Positions 39,001 to 52,080 of a stretch of DNA of 64,000 nt are shown piece after piece. The notes below the pieces were generated by a model that saw only the letters and a program-made list of their open reading frames with translations, did not search any database and was not told the DNA's origin. The DNA comes from Raillietiella orientalis (lineage: Eukaryota). The position numbers and the translations under genes were made by a program. The stretch is taken from positions 4,030,001 to 4,094,000 of the forward strand of contig JAYWIR010000007.1 of NCBI GenBank assembly GCA_036172245.1, read 5' to 3'. The stretch's first letter is position 1; every line of letters begins with the position of its first letter.

Positions 39001-39830
39001 TGGGCGAGGCAACAGGATGTTTCCCGTTTGGAACTCCGTTGCGTTCACCTCTCTTCCTACTGTACAGTGGAGGAGGTGATGAACAACCAGGACAAGTAGA
39101 CTCTCCTGGTCGTCACGCCCCTCGCCGAAGCGCTGTCTGCCCTCAGGGCAAGTGACGATAGTTGCCTACCGCCAAGGTGGGAGGTCGCCTGCACGCTTGC
39201 TGGAGAAACAAGGCCGTTGAGCGGCTGGTAGGCGAGCGAGCTGTCAGATGCTGCCATTCCTCGTAATTGTGTGGAGGGACTCCTTCGGGGGAGTGAGCTC
39301 CTGAGTGTGCCCACCGAAGAACTTGTGATCCCTCCCACGTGCGTGGACACGTCTGTGTTCCCCTTCCGGTGGAAACAGGATGTGCTCCTGCTGATACATT
39401 GGGAATTCCGCTGCAATCAGTGCGCGAACCTAGTTTCCGGGGGAGTTGCGTCCCCGAACGGTGGAAGGTGCGGAGCAGTGGAATCTCTCCCGAACCTGCT
39501 GTTCGATTGCGTTGCCCTAAAGGGACTGTAGCGGAGACTACCTTTAGCGCCCTTGCACCAGAGGACACCCTGCCATCGACATCATACGCCGCTTCTTCAC
39601 GAGCGACGGTCTCTCGCTAGATGCGGCCATCTCAACGATCAGTTGCATCCGCGCCCTCGTCATGGCCTGCCACGTCTTGGAGTCGCGAGCGGCCCCAACA
39701 GAGGTCATCAGGACTGCAGTCTCCAACATGAGGACAGCTGCCAGGTGAACTGAGCTCAGCGAAGAAGTCAGGAAGGAGATCTTTGGCATTCAGCACCGGT
39801 TCTGAGAAGGAACGTGCGATACCATGGACC
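36050..39830 (-). mobile_element. Fossil LINE ORF2 with APE endonuclease, RT, RNase H and C-terminal region (I-group/LOA-like architecture)
   Basis: Domains appear in the expected order on the minus strand: HVGDCSPDDLCWG (~GDFN.h...WG, APE, ~39.7 kb); LEKFLLQ (~38.08 kb) and VCLSANVVHSSWSLASGCLP (~GvPQG, ~37.87 kb); ISILG (~kYLG, ~37.6 kb); GLTSCLSYESKW (~l.Yg..vW, ~37.43 kb); RNase H remnants KDGG, VFRAQ (~sVf.AE), EDSRFVMSL (~sDS.s.l.al), AWVAWAMP*GAPG (~WvpgH.Gi.GN, ~36.75 kb); LWSSWS...RFVSLVLGH (~l.tGH, ~36.25 kb). Many stops and frameshifts. Confidence 0.6.
37702..37783. repeat. 38-bp tandem duplication (2 copies plus a partial third)
   Basis: gggactgagattcctcaagttctcatctgctgcgggtg is followed directly by gggaccgagattcctcaagttctcatctgctgcgggtg (one mismatch), then gggacc. 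Confidence 0.95.
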
Positions 39831-40199
39831 CCTGTCCCCCTACCGCCCTTATCTTTTTTGTATTTTTTATATTTATTTATTATCCCCTCCCTCTCGTTCC
39901 AGACTTTTAGAGTGCTTAACCTGCGTGTCGGAGAGCCCTCCCCTTGAACTGCTGGTCCCTTTGTCTGGAAACTTTCTTCCCGGATGGTTTGTTTGTTTTT
40001 TGAATAGACGTCCAGGCGCAACCGAGTGAGAAAGATGTGGAGAGCGTGAACAGAGCGGGTGGCTGAATCCACAGTCAGTTCGGAGCGGATCCACACGCCC
40101 CTGCATCGAGCCATGAATGCTGACCTACCCCTCTCCTGCAAGGAATTTCCACTGCGCGAGGAAGACTCCAGAAAGAACACAGACCGCGTGGGAGTATCG

Positions 40200-41700
40200 T
40201 TCAGAATTCCACCCGGGAAGGGAGCACTGGCTGCCGCAGTCGATCCTCACATGCGCCAAATAGGGAGCTCCTTCTCGAGACGCTGGAACGGCTCGCTCTC
40301 CCAGCCAGCCTTGTTGCCCTCCGAGCCCTCTGAAAGACGGAGGGAAAATTTCCATCACCTCCTCGCGGAAGACTTCGAGGTCAGACGAGAAGTCGGACAG
40401 CGAGCAAGATGAGACAGAAATTCTTCAGCCTGTTCTTTGAGCTGGCGCTGAACGCGTACCGGCACACCCCAGGCTGTCCGCCGACCAACGCCAATGACTC
40501 GCAGGGAGTGGCAGCCTACGCCGATGAACTGCTCCTCCTCCTGCTGTCTGAGAGGATCTCCGGAGGCCTCTCACTCGAAATGATGTTCGAGATCACCTGC
40601 AAAGGATGCCGGTGTCGAGATCGAGAAACAGAAGCTGGAAGCCGTGGCATTCGGTTCCTCTCTGGGTGCAGACCAGTCCTCCTTGGGAATTCCCATGAGT
40701 AAGTCCCTTACTTTACTGGGGATACCCACTGATTCCGTTCTCCCCAAGGAAGGTCTGGCCATCCGACTGATGGAAACACGGAGTGCTCTGGCCTCCCTTT
40801 TGCCATAGATATCTTCCCCCCGAGAGGGCAGCCGTGTGGAACATCTTCGTCGCGCTCTTTTTGGGTCTTTGTGGGCTCTATAGACCCTTGGGCACGCCTT
40901 CAGTTCGCTGATCCCCTGCAGAAAGCCCTCCAAGCATTGCCGCGCTGATCAGATCAGAGGTGCGACCGAAGAACTTGGTCACCCTTGACCAGGTTGAGGG
41001 ACTGAACTCATTCTCTTTTGGACGGATGCAGATGCAGGTACCGTTCCTGAGGTCGTCTCTCTCGACGAGACTGCTAAACAACATCACAAGCAACCCTTTG
41101 AAAGATCACTCTCATGAGGGACGTGGGAAGCTGCAAGGGATCTACGTCCATCCTCTCACGCAACCGCAGGCGTGGGCGAGGAGTGCGCTTCGCCCGATTC
41201 CATTGCTGCTGGAAAACACGAATGGCCATCCTGCCGCCCACTGAACGGGAACACTTGGCGGCAGAAAATCACTCACTGGTCGCGTAAAGGCGACTGGGGA
41301 ATCCAACCCTCCTCCACAAAAGCATCACCAAATGCCTGGGGAAACGCTCTCTCGGCGGGATATTCGGCACTCGGCGGTCGCCTGCTTTCCTGGACCCAAC
41401 GCGAGACCAGTCAGGACGCCGTGCGTCGAAGGGAAGAGGAAGAGATGGGGGATATTCCCTTTGCGTGGGAGGTGGTGACCTGCCTACTCATGAAGGTTAC
41501 TAAGACACTGAGTAGCGAGAAACACGAGCTGGCGAGCGAAGCCATGCCCAAAAATCTGATTAAAGACCCAAAATGGTGGGTTGAGTCTCTCGGCATACCC
41601 CGCAAAAATTTGAAGATCCTGGACTTCCTGGCCGGAGTCTCCGTCCTCCCTCTTCGTTTTCGCAAGTCTGTTATCTTGCAGGTCCTCAGGAACGAAGAAC
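40200..41700 (+). mobile_element. Fossil R2-like (restriction-like endonuclease) non-LTR retrotransposon
   Basis: FFSLFFELALNAY...GVAAYADELLLL (YADD-like at 40514-40528), KSLTLLGIP (~YLGIP), zinc-knuckle remnant ECASPDSIAAGKHEWPSC, then QDAVRRREEEEMGDIPFAWEVVTCLLMKVTK (~PD......Dv...wE......K..KY, the RLE motif) and SLGIPRKNLKILDFLAG. The RT-CCHC-RLE order fits the R2 group. Confidence 0.55.
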
Positions 41701-42834
41701 GCCGTCTCGGCAGAGAGCGCCCAAGGGATGCGCACCCACCGTGACGTAGTGGAGACTCTTCCTCACGTGCCGTTCAATGCAGAAGGATGGGGCAGTGATG
41801 AAGCGCATCTCTGAAGCACTTCCCATACGATGCTCTCCTGGATGACTCGTTTGAAGAAACTTCCCCTTTTCCAGGCTTTCCAGTTTCTTACCCCCTGGCG
41901 ATCCTCTGCCACGGGAGAGCAACGGTGACCACCAAGATGGAGGAGGAATGTGGCCTCCGTCGCGGGGGAGTTCGAATTCGCGGCCACCAGTTCGCAGAGG
42001 GCGGCGAGATGGTCCAGCGTGGAAGGTGAAGCTCAAGGGATCATCCTCGCGTCGACTGCTGAACGCACTCGCACTCCTACCCCTTTCTCTTCCCGCCGCA
42101 GATCCTCGGGAACCGCGTTCATTACCGCAAGACCGGTCCATCTCAGTCCCTATCAATTCATTTATTTATTGGCTCTCCTCCCTCTTCCTCCGTTCTTTCT
42201 TATCCCTGATCCCAACGAGGACTTTGGTTTCGGGACGACACATGTCGGTCCTTTTCCAGCTGGATGAATTTCATTTACTTATGTTAAATAAGCACTCCGG
42301 AATGAGGTCACTAGCGGGTACTTTTATTGGGAAAACACACATATATGTAAGATAAGGATGCGAAAATGGAGACTCTAATGTCTCCAATAATCTCTCTTTT
42401 CCGGGAAGAAACGCCGGTCAGCCCCCAGCGGGGTGCGCCTTCACGCAGGGAGGAGACGACAACAAGTGAAAATCAACAGACAAGGAACAAGTCTCGAGGT
42501 CACATTCCCAGGGTAGCGGTAGTCCGTCTTCGCCTTCGCCTGCTGCTTGGCATTTGGACGATGCCTTCCTTCGCCCTGTGGTCCCACCTGCTGTGTCCAT
42601 TCTGTTGCTCCCCGAAGTGGGGGTGGTAGCATCTCGATACTCCGCGGTGCTGCTCGTTTCCGCTCCGCATCCGGCCGCGTCTGGAACGATGCTCTGCGCA
42701 CACTGGGAGCTTGACGATGCGACGGCTGCAAATGTGAGAGTGAGAGTTGGTGAGAGTCCACAGAGAATGCACCAAGGAAGCAGCTGCTTTGATCGTCATC
42801 CGGATGACCTACTGCCGGACCAGTCTCCCCTGAA

Positions 42835-43260
42835 GAGTTGGCTGTCGCACGGCTGCGGTCTTTGTGCGTGGCACCAGGAGTCGCGAGTTCGAATCCCACC
42901 CGGGCAAAGGTCGACACAGAGAAGTGGGTTCACAGCGGGTTTCGTTTCCTACCTCCCCCCCCCCCCCCGCAATGATTGTCCTTTAGGCTTTGGGTGCGGC
43001 ACTCGCGGAAGCCGGAAGCCGGACGTCCCCGCTGACTGGACGGGGTCCTTCCAGGAATCAAGGAACCAGTTCCCTTCGGGGTTCCCCTCTGATTGTAAAA
43101 ATGGAGCCGTCTCCCCCTCGGCGAGTAGGACTCTCCAGAGCGTCAGAAACGCGCTGCTCGCCTCGGGGAGCGCCCTTCGGAAAAACTGGGAAGCGTCCCT
43201 TAGGGGTTCACTTCAGAGGAGGAAACAGAGAGCAGTTCCCCTGCGGGTTTCCTCCCAAGC
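42835..43260 (+). mobile_element. tRNA-derived SINE-like repeat, copy A
   Basis: ggcaccaggagtcgcgaGTTCGAATCCcacc with a canonical Pol III B-box at 42887-42896. It is followed by gggtgcggcact, ggtccttccaggaatcaagga and ggaagcgtccctt blocks that are reverse complements of blocks in the 33.4 kb and/or 52.2 kb copies. Confidence 0.7.
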
Positions 43261-43649
43261 ATAAGACGAACGGAGCCTTCCTGGGTTTATAGGGCGGTAC
43301 CTGCGGGGTTAGCCCTACAACCTGGAGAGCTGCACGCACCCTGCGGTTCGAGAAGAGTTCGAGAGCTCTCCCCCGCGTGTCCATCGATGCCGGTTGGAGT
43401 CGTCCCAAGGATTTGCTTCAGTGCTAGAGTGCGCCGTGTCAGGACAAGAGACAGTGGACCCTCCTCCTCCTCCTCCCTTCCTCCTTCCTCCTAGAAGGAA
43501 AGAGGAGGAGGGAGCACGACACGGGTTCAAGTGCAGGTGGAGGAGTGAGGGGAAGGGGCGCTGCACGGTTTCCTCCTCACGGGGACAACCCTCACAGCAA
43601 GCCGTCGCATCGGCCGAGCGACCCAGCAACCGGCCGTTCGGGAGTTTCG

Positions 43650-44480
43650 TCGGTCTGAGATCGTGAAGACCTCCCTCATGATCGCTGCCATCTCCCTTTT
43701 TCCGGAGAGGACCCAGCGGTCCCACCTGCGGGGAGAATTTTCCATTACTATGCAACAATTCCAGGTGGGGACTGCCACGCAATGTGGGTCCAGCGCCCGG
43801 TCTCCAAGCGTAGCGGCTCCTGAGGAGGCAGAAAATTCAGGGATGGTGCCCTTCCAGGATGAGGTTGCACTCTTCCTCTCACCCCGTAGAAGATGCGGAG
43901 TTGAAGGGTTGTGATGGACACGAGGTCCGGCTCCACAGCGAAGGATCCAGTAGGCCGGGAAGCACAGGCGTCTGCTCCGACGAGCCCTAGTCTTGGAAAT
44001 TGGAGTTGCGGCCCAATGCGCCCCAGAATCCGCCCTCCGAGTGCTGTCTCGCAACGTAAGACTTGAAGATGGGAGGTGGGAGAGGACTCTTGTCGAGGGA
44101 ACCTTCGACTCGAGGAGCGCCTGGAGAAGAGCAGATACGAAACCAGCGATAGAGCCTGCACTCTCAAGAATGATCATCCCGTAAAAAGGGGTGCGTGGGA
44201 CAGGGTCACGGGGTGGAGGAAGAAGACGAGGTTGATGTCACCCATCAACCTCGTTGGGGGCAGAAAAGAAGCGACAAAGGACAAGCGTGCACTGATGAGC
44301 GGCGGCGGATGGACTCTCCTGCCCTCCGCCGGTGTCCAGAAACATCGTCAGGGTGACGCCGAGGACGTCGGCACAGGGAACAGGTCAGCGGGATCGACGC
44401 CGCTGCTGCCGCTTCTTCCCTCGGGAAGAGTGTCGCCTTCTTCCTGGCCCTCGAAAATAGTCCGAAATAGTCCTCCTCTT
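43650..44480 (-). mobile_element. Degenerate non-LTR RT fragment
   Basis: KKATLFPREEAAAAASIPLT (~lipK......yRPIs), LLFCPQRG (~Q.GF.p.r), ILESAGSIAGFVSALLQALLESKVP (~lD...AF..v....l...L...gvp), ATPISKTRARRSRRLCFP (~i.rGvrQG.plSP), in the correct order. Confidence 0.4.
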
Positions 44481-47268
44481 GAAGCGTCAAGGATGTCGGA
44501 GTGGCGAGGGTTGCAGAGTCCTGAAACCTCTGGAATGCTCACGGCTATTATTTTTGCTCGTTGACACCAGGGCGTTTCTTTTCCAAGGCAGAAAAGAAAA
44601 ATAAGTAGGCCACGTGGATCGGTAAATCCACTGGTCCATGAAGATTTCAGAGGGTGGAGAGGAGAAAGAAACAAAAGAAAAACCACCGGCTCGCAGGCCA
44701 GAAACACAGAAGAGTGGAAAGGGTGTTGACGAGAGGACAATGAGTAAAAGGGGGAAGGGAAAGTGGTCACCTTCCTCAACGTTGCATCTTCCTCAACCTG
44801 CGTGCATGCTATGCAGGCGGCGTCCTCCTCGATCCCAATGTTTTTCGAAGGCCGTCTTGGCACCTCCCTCAACATTGCGGAGTTGAGGCGTGGCACAGCA
44901 CCTCCTGCGCGTTCCGGGACGCCACGGTCCTCCCGGCGCAACGCGGTACCGGGGAGCGGTCGGGGAGGAAGGCGAAAGCCCGTGCCGCGTGAATCAGCGC
45001 TGCAGAAGCCCTTCTGGAGCCTTTGGGTCGAAGTGGAGCGGCCGCGAGACGGCTCCACACTTCCTCGAAGGTCACCGCAGTCCAGCGGCAGATGCGCGGA
45101 AATTTCCGTTTTCTCCGCAGCTGGCAATGCTCGGGGAGGCGACGCCCCTCTTCCAGAGATGCCGCGAGTGGTTGCACGGGAAACCCAGGTGAGCGAATAG
45201 TAATGCTTCTCACTCTCGGTTACCAACCGTCCTCGGAAAAGGCCGCAGTCCTCCTCCCGCGCTCGAGCGCGCGCGCCTGGAGCGAGGCATCCACGTGGTC
45301 TCCTGTTCGTGACTCCTTCGTTGGAAGCAGTTGGAGCGCACACTCGCGTCCGCTCTTCCTCCTCCTCCCCTTCTCCCCTTCTTCCTCCCTTTCCTTGCGT
45401 TCGCCGTTTCCTCTTTTCTTCCAAATCTCCCTGCGTTAATTTGAAGGCCTTGAGAATAGGAACGGCCGAGAAACATGTTGCTGGCACTGATGCTTCCTCG
45501 TGCGGAGAATGCAGGAAGAAGCGGCTCGATCTCGCATCTTCCCGCAGGAGACCGGGAATATGCGAGCATCAGTTGCTCGCGAGACTCTGGGAAACGGAAT
45601 TCTCCTCTCCCCTTTCTGCTTTCTCGTTTTGCCTTTTTTTTTTTTTTTTTCATTTCCTTCCTTCTTTTCCCTCCCCCCTCTCGCGGGAAGGAGCACATTT
45701 ATTTATGGTTTTCCTCCTCTGGAAGAATTCCACGGGGTGTCCGAACCAGGATGGAGAAAGGGAAGCGGGGATGTGTGGAAACGAGATAAATTTACGGGCG
45801 AAAAATGGGAATCTGCTTTTTCCGAGAGGCCGTGTGGACTCGGCATCCCTGTGATCTACGGAAAGGGGGGCGAGGAGCGGGGCGGGAAGCGAAGGATGGA
45901 GCGCGGGGTCTCCCGTGTAGGGGGAGCAGTGAGGAGGCGTCTCCTCCGGTCGCCTGACCCGTCGATCGCTCCGTTCGCTGCCGCCGGAAATGCATTCATT
46001 CGGACGTCCCTCCGAGAAGGGAGATCCGCCGCCGGGAAGATGCTCGCGGTTGCCGTCCTTTCCTCTCCTCTGCTCCCGATCTGCAATCCCCTGGCGTGGG
46101 GACGGCGGAAGAGGGAACGAGCGCACGGCGCTGGAAGACGAGAACCGTCCTCTTGACGAGGATCTCTCTGGAGCGGGGCAGCGCGCCCCTCATCCCGAGG
46201 GCGAGTCCCGGAGGCGTTTTCCGCACTGCCCGCAGCTCTCTCCGGAGGAGAGAGCGAGGTAGGGAGGTAGTCCACCCCCCCTCAGCTTCCGGCTGTAGTG
46301 ATCCACCGAGAAGCCGACGAAACGAGAGACCAAGCGAGCGATTCACTCTCCTGACGGCGTCCCGGGACTAGTCCCACCGTCCCTGATTCTATGCAAGGCC
46401 TGGGGCCGGACGCAGCAAAGTACGGCCTATCCACCGAAATCACGCTGGCGGTCCGGAGCAAATCGGGAGATGAATCCCCTTCATCCGCCCCGTCTTTTCC
46501 AGTGAGGAGAAGTCTGCACTCCCCTCCCCCCTCCAACACACACACACGCACGCACACACGCACACACGGGACACGCGCAGCGAGGAGGATGCTGAGAACG
46601 GGGAGAGATTCGGACCCGGCGGCTGCGATGGCAGCGCCGCCCGGCGGTGCGCCACTTGCGAGTCCGGAAACTTTCCCATCGAGCGGATGGCGCGATTCCG
46701 GCAGAGATCTCCCCCTCCCGGGCCGGGAAAACCCGCCTGTGCCTTCCGCTCCCGGTCACGGATACGGCCGGGCCTGGGAGCCCTGCTTCCAGTCCATCGA
46801 TCAGAAATACTCGGATGCGCCCGATGCACCGCATTAATTTCTCAAATGCATCGTGTAGGAGAGGAAAGCCAACGGCAGAGCAGCCCCACGTGCCATACAA
46901 TTATTAATCGTTCACAAGCGCATTTCTATTTTCTTTCGCAGCGGCACCGCCTACTCATCCGTCCCTCAATACACAAAAAGTTACGGCAACCGACGTACGC
47001 CGACGACGCTGCAAGTTTTCCAGGGAAACTTTTCGCCCAGCCTCCTTCTCCCCCCAGCCCTCCCCCCCCCCCCCCCTCGAAATAGGCTATTCATCGCTTT
47101 GATTCAATCTGGAGAAAGAGATTGAAATGTTCCCGTTTTTTTTTTTTTCCTTTAAAAAAACAAAAAACAAAAACAAAACAAAAAAAAAAGAATGCAGCTA
47201 ATCACATGACGAAAAAAATTCGCCCGGAACTCGTGTTTTCCAAGTTCGAGTACTCCAGACGACTCCGT

Positions 47269-47270
<2 letters not shown>

Positions 47271-47300
<30 letters not shown>
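47271..47300. repeat. (GT)15 microsatellite
   Basis: Read directly from the sequence. Confidence 0.97.
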
Positions 47301-47303
<3 letters not shown>

Positions 47304-47728
47304 CACCTCCCCCGAACTTTCCCAGGGTCACGTGTGCTTCTTTAATCTCTTTCGGACTTTTCCCCGTGTGCGTGCGTGTGCGTGCGTGCTGTGTGCGTGC
47401 GTGCGCGCGCGTGTTCCTTCCTCCCTGTTTTTCTCCGGGAAATTCTCGAACGCGCTTGAATTTTCTTTTCCCGAAAGGGGTGGTGGAGAGCGGAGAGGCT
47501 CGAATCGCGGCACCAGGCTTGCGTAACAATTGCATTCTGCGTCATCAGCGTCACGTGAGCACGCTTTAGCCTCCCTCCCCCCCCCCCTCCCCTTCCGCTT
47601 AGTCGAATGCGTGTGCGGATCCACTTCACCTGATGCTTTTTATTGCACTTTCTGTAAAACTGTTCCGGATGTTCCAATCTCGTGCCTAGCCCCAGAGGGA
47701 TGCAGATCGAGTTCGCGGAAAGACAAAA

Positions 47729-47754
47729 ACACACACACACACACACACACACAC
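47729..47754. repeat. (AC)13 microsatellite
   Basis: Read directly from the sequence. Confidence 0.97.
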
Positions 47755-50700
47755 AAGAGGAGGTAATCGCCGTGATCTCAAGGTGAGCGCGCGTGTTCCG
47801 CACACGACGACACCCGTCCGTTCCAGGCGAATTGTGAACACCGTGCAGACCCGTCCATGAGAGAGGAGCTCAAGACGGAAGAGCAGGAATTTTAATTTAA
47901 TCAACACGAGAGACGGTTACTGTCTTGCTAAGTAAGTGAAGCAAGGAAGAGAGGGCCCCAGGAAAATCGCTCGCAGCTCCTCTGCCCGGTTCCCAATGCA
48001 AATCGCTCCGCTTCGCGGACGCGCCTTTCATTACACAAAATAAGAATACATTGAATGAAAGGTACGGAGGGCTTCCGTCCGACCATCCGTCATTCTCCTC
48101 GGCCATCGGAAGGGAGCAGCAGCCCTCCCCGGGTTGCGCGAATCCTCCCTGTCGCGGGCTGGAGGCATCGGGGGCGGGTAAACGCTGTTTGCGGTTATGA
48201 ACGCCGGGAGATGGATGGAGAGGAGGGAGGAGGAGGTACTTGTGCATGCGTGTGCGTGATCCGAGTGTCATCCAATCAACGCTTAATCCGAAAGGGTGTG
48301 CTTCTTCCCCGTTGCAGGAGAACCTGCTGATTTGGTGAGGCTGCGCGAAAACGAGGAGGCACGAAAAAAGAGGACGTGCGCGAATTTCTTTTCTCCTTCT
48401 CCTGCTTCACCTTCCTGCCCTCCTTTCTTTCTTTTCGGGAAGGGGGGGGGGGGGAGGAGGAAAAAAGGATATCTACGCACGCGCGCGCGAGCGTTCGCGC
48501 TGCCTCGTCATCTTGACCGCTCCGGCACGAAGACGTCACGGGGAATTCCCATTGTGCCACTGGAGGGCTGCGAACCCAAAGTAAGCTGTTCTAGAAGAAA
48601 GAAACAGCATGTTTTTTTTGCTGCTGCCGCCTTCAGCCTCTCCCGCTATCCGAGAAAGCTGATTGATTCTCCCTAGGACTGGCTGCAGCAAATCCTATTA
48701 GCCATGGAACCCGGACACACGTGTGTCCCATCATCCGTCCGCTTCCCGATCGAGAGCAAACCACACGGAAATGAGGGTCTCGGGCAGGCGAGCACGGACA
48801 GAGAACCGATGCTCGTGCTCGGTGCAGACGTTTAACAGCTGGGCGATTCGGAATAGCCTCGCCGGAAAGATGAGGAGGAGTGCATGGACCGTGGTCCCCA
48901 CCGCCGCTTCCGCGAGAAGTCTCCTCTGAAGGTGTGCGAACGGAGGGGGCGGGCGGCTGTCACTACCGCCGCCCGCCCTCACCCTTCGCGTAGACGCAAA
49001 TTGCGGGGACACGGATTCCAGGACGGGATCGGGGGGGGCTGGCGTCAGCAGGGAGAAGGGGGAACGAGAGCAATATGAGAGTCCTGCTGCTTCAGGGGCA
49101 GGCATTGGTCATCTAGTTTGGCAAGACACTTATTTGACTCGCGCGAACTTAAGGGAGGGGAGGGGGGACAAGAAGACTTGGGCCTCTGTTTGTAGCTGGC
49201 TCTGTAATGCATGCTTTGCCCTCTTCGTCGACCACCCTTCTCCCTCTTCCCTTCCTCCTCCCTTTACCAATTTCGCGAGCCGCTTGTGGAACCGAACCTT
49301 CGCCTTTTTTCCTTCCGTGTAGTCCTTTCTCACGTCCATTGCTCCGGCACTTGGCATGGGTGCTGCAAGTTACGTCAGCGCCTCTTCCTGGAGCTCCACC
49401 ATTCTGTTGACAGTCTCCCAGGACCAGCAGTCGAGCTTGCTCTTTCGAAAAGCGCTATTTTTAGTGCGGAAGAACCGACAAACCCCGAGGGACATTTCCC
49501 TTTACTCCATTTCCCATCACCGTTCTTCGACGTGTTAGAGGTTGGCCTTTCTTCCTTCTTGTCCTACTGGACCCTCCTGGATCCCTTCCCACGAACACAG
49601 CTGCACATCCAGGACGCGCTGCGTTTGCTCTGCTCTTCAGGCCTTCTCTTCCGATGCGGTCCATCTTTTCACTCGACTTCTCGGAGTATCCCGTCGATCC
49701 TCGCATAGCTTCCGTGCTGTTCCCAAGCTCTGCGGATGCATGGGCAGGACAAGCTCCTCCATCTCCCTCGAGAGGATTCGCTGCCATGATGGCGACGGTT
49801 CCAAGCTGCCGACAGCTGGGGACGGGTCTCCGCGATGCACCTTACCAAGGAAGCCCACAGACGAACTGGTGCTTTGCCTGCTTCCGGAGCACTTTCCTTG
49901 ATGCCTGGATCTTCTCTCATTTTTCTTCCAGCTGATGGACCTGCGGCTTCACGGGATGCCCAGACGCGCGCGAGGGATCCTTGCGCGCGCCTTACGGCGC
50001 CAGGACCAGCCGTGTCGAAGGTAGTCTGCCTTCTTCGCCTTCGTCCGGACTGGAAGAGGGCGCGGCTGCTGTTGCTTCGGGGCTGGCAGCCGGCACATCT
50101 CCGGGATTGCCTCGGGAGCGGACAGAGAGCAAAGCTCCTCCTGCTTCGGGACAGGAAGCCACTGCATGAGCTTTCAGGGAGAAGAAAAGGAAGCAGCAGG
50201 AGGAGATCATTCCGCCGGAAGGGGCGGTGGGGGCGGCATCCGTCCTGGCCCTAGCATAGAGGCAAAACAAGTACGTTGACCCCAAAGCAAGAGCGAATTC
50301 GGGAGTGGAGCCTTTTTCACTGCCCTAGGGAGACATCTCCTCCCCCAAAATCCCCTACCTTCTCGTGGTGCTTTTTCTGTTCAAAAGATTTCCCTAGCTG
50401 CTCTCCCCTCCCGGAACGGGCAACGTATCCTAAGCCAGAAGGATGTCAGGGGGAAATCCTCCAGAGGTCCCGACCGTCCTGCTGTGCTTCCACTGCAGCA
50501 CCCTGTACGGTCTCACTAGGAAGTGCCAACGCGCCTTGTTCTCGCAGCCTCTGCCGCGTCCCCAGGTGTTTCCTGACCTCCAAAGCCGGCAGCGGTAACT
50601 TCGCTGAGGAAATCTGGCTGCTCTTTTTCTCTGTTCACAGAGTCCCAAGGATTCTTCCCATTGTCCGTGATGGCATTCTCTCGCTTCTTGATTCTCTTGT

Positions 50701-52080
50701 TCTCCTGATTCCATCTTCTTTCCTTCTCTTCCTCTGCACTTCGGCTCATTTATTTTCCTCTCTAAGAGCACTGCTTTGCTGGTCGTTTCCACAGAAGCTT
50801 TATTTCTCTGGCAGTGATGAGAATCAGCGATCCTCCGGAGGCATTTCCCCTTCTCCACTTTCCCTCCCTCGTTCTCTTCTTCCGACTACTTTTGCGTCTG
50901 CGTTGCGGGGAATGCTTTACCTTGTCTTTTCAGTTGTTTCGTCTATAAGCGAAGAGAAAACCTGTAGAGGGGAAAGATGGCAGGAAGGGTGGCGGCAGCA
51001 GCAATCCCGTCAGAGACTTTGCAGAGATGATCCTGAGCCCGAATCGGCAAGAAACAGTCCTACGTAAAAACTGGAAGTAACGGAGCATCCTCCAGAGATG
51101 GTCACTTGTGCGCAGCGACCCTAACATGTCTCAATGAGAACGTCAGCTCCGGTGAGTGGCTATCCTAGCCGAGGAGGACGGATAGATCTGCTGCATGAAC
51201 ACGAACGGTAGGACCTGGTTACGAGAAACAGTGCACACGTGGGCAAAGATCAGCGAGCCGAGCCCGGAGAGATCGCACGTCTGCGATTCTTGCTGTACAC
51301 TGGTTTCTCGCTGTAGGAGATCACCAGGAGACCCAGCAAGAGCACGTAGGCCCCTTGCCTCAGCGCTGTCCTCCCTAGGGGAGTCAAGTGACAGCCGCCT
51401 ACCGATGGGGTCAGAAACCGTGTGCAGAAGGAAACCGCTTGGTGGATGGATAATGGGCCAGCTCACTGACTCTGCCACCCCAAGTGCCTCATCAAAAAAG
51501 TAATCCGCTGGTCCCAGCTCCTGGAGATCTTCCCTGCCTGCGGCACTGCCGAAAGAGGCCAGCAGCGCAGGGACGCCATCCCCTTCGCCGTTCGCTTCTT
51601 GAGGATCTCGGTCAGATGGCTCCATCTGAAAAACATCGAGATTGAACTTGCTGATATCCTTCAGAGAACACTTCGCAATGAACATTTATATCTTGTTTTT
51701 TTTTTTTTCATTTTGTTTCCTTCTTGTTTGCTCCTCTCCCCTCTGTGGCCGGGGCGGACCTCGCAGGTCCGCGTACCGGCATACCGATGGAGATCCTTTT
51801 TGGGTTCTTTTCTGTCTTAAATATTTTGCTTCCAGCTTTTTTTTTCGAGTTTTCATTTTTTTGGTTGGCTAAGTATCTCAAGAACCGTAGCGCACCTGGA
51901 GGCTGCTGACGCAGCTCGTTAACGTTGTTCCACGCCACCCGAAGGAACGTGTAATCCTTCAAAGTAGGGAGTGCCCCGGGAGAGGATCACCGTAGAAATC
52001 CAGGAAAAGGCTTCAGAGAAGAAAGAGTCCGTTCATCTCAAGTCTGGGGAGGGATCCACGAAGGAACCTTCCACCATGGT

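Noticed and set aside
42840..42910. Functional tRNA gene
   Set aside because: Good B-box, but no convincing acceptor stem, D-arm or anticodon arm, and it is attached to a repeated body, so it is treated as a SINE head.
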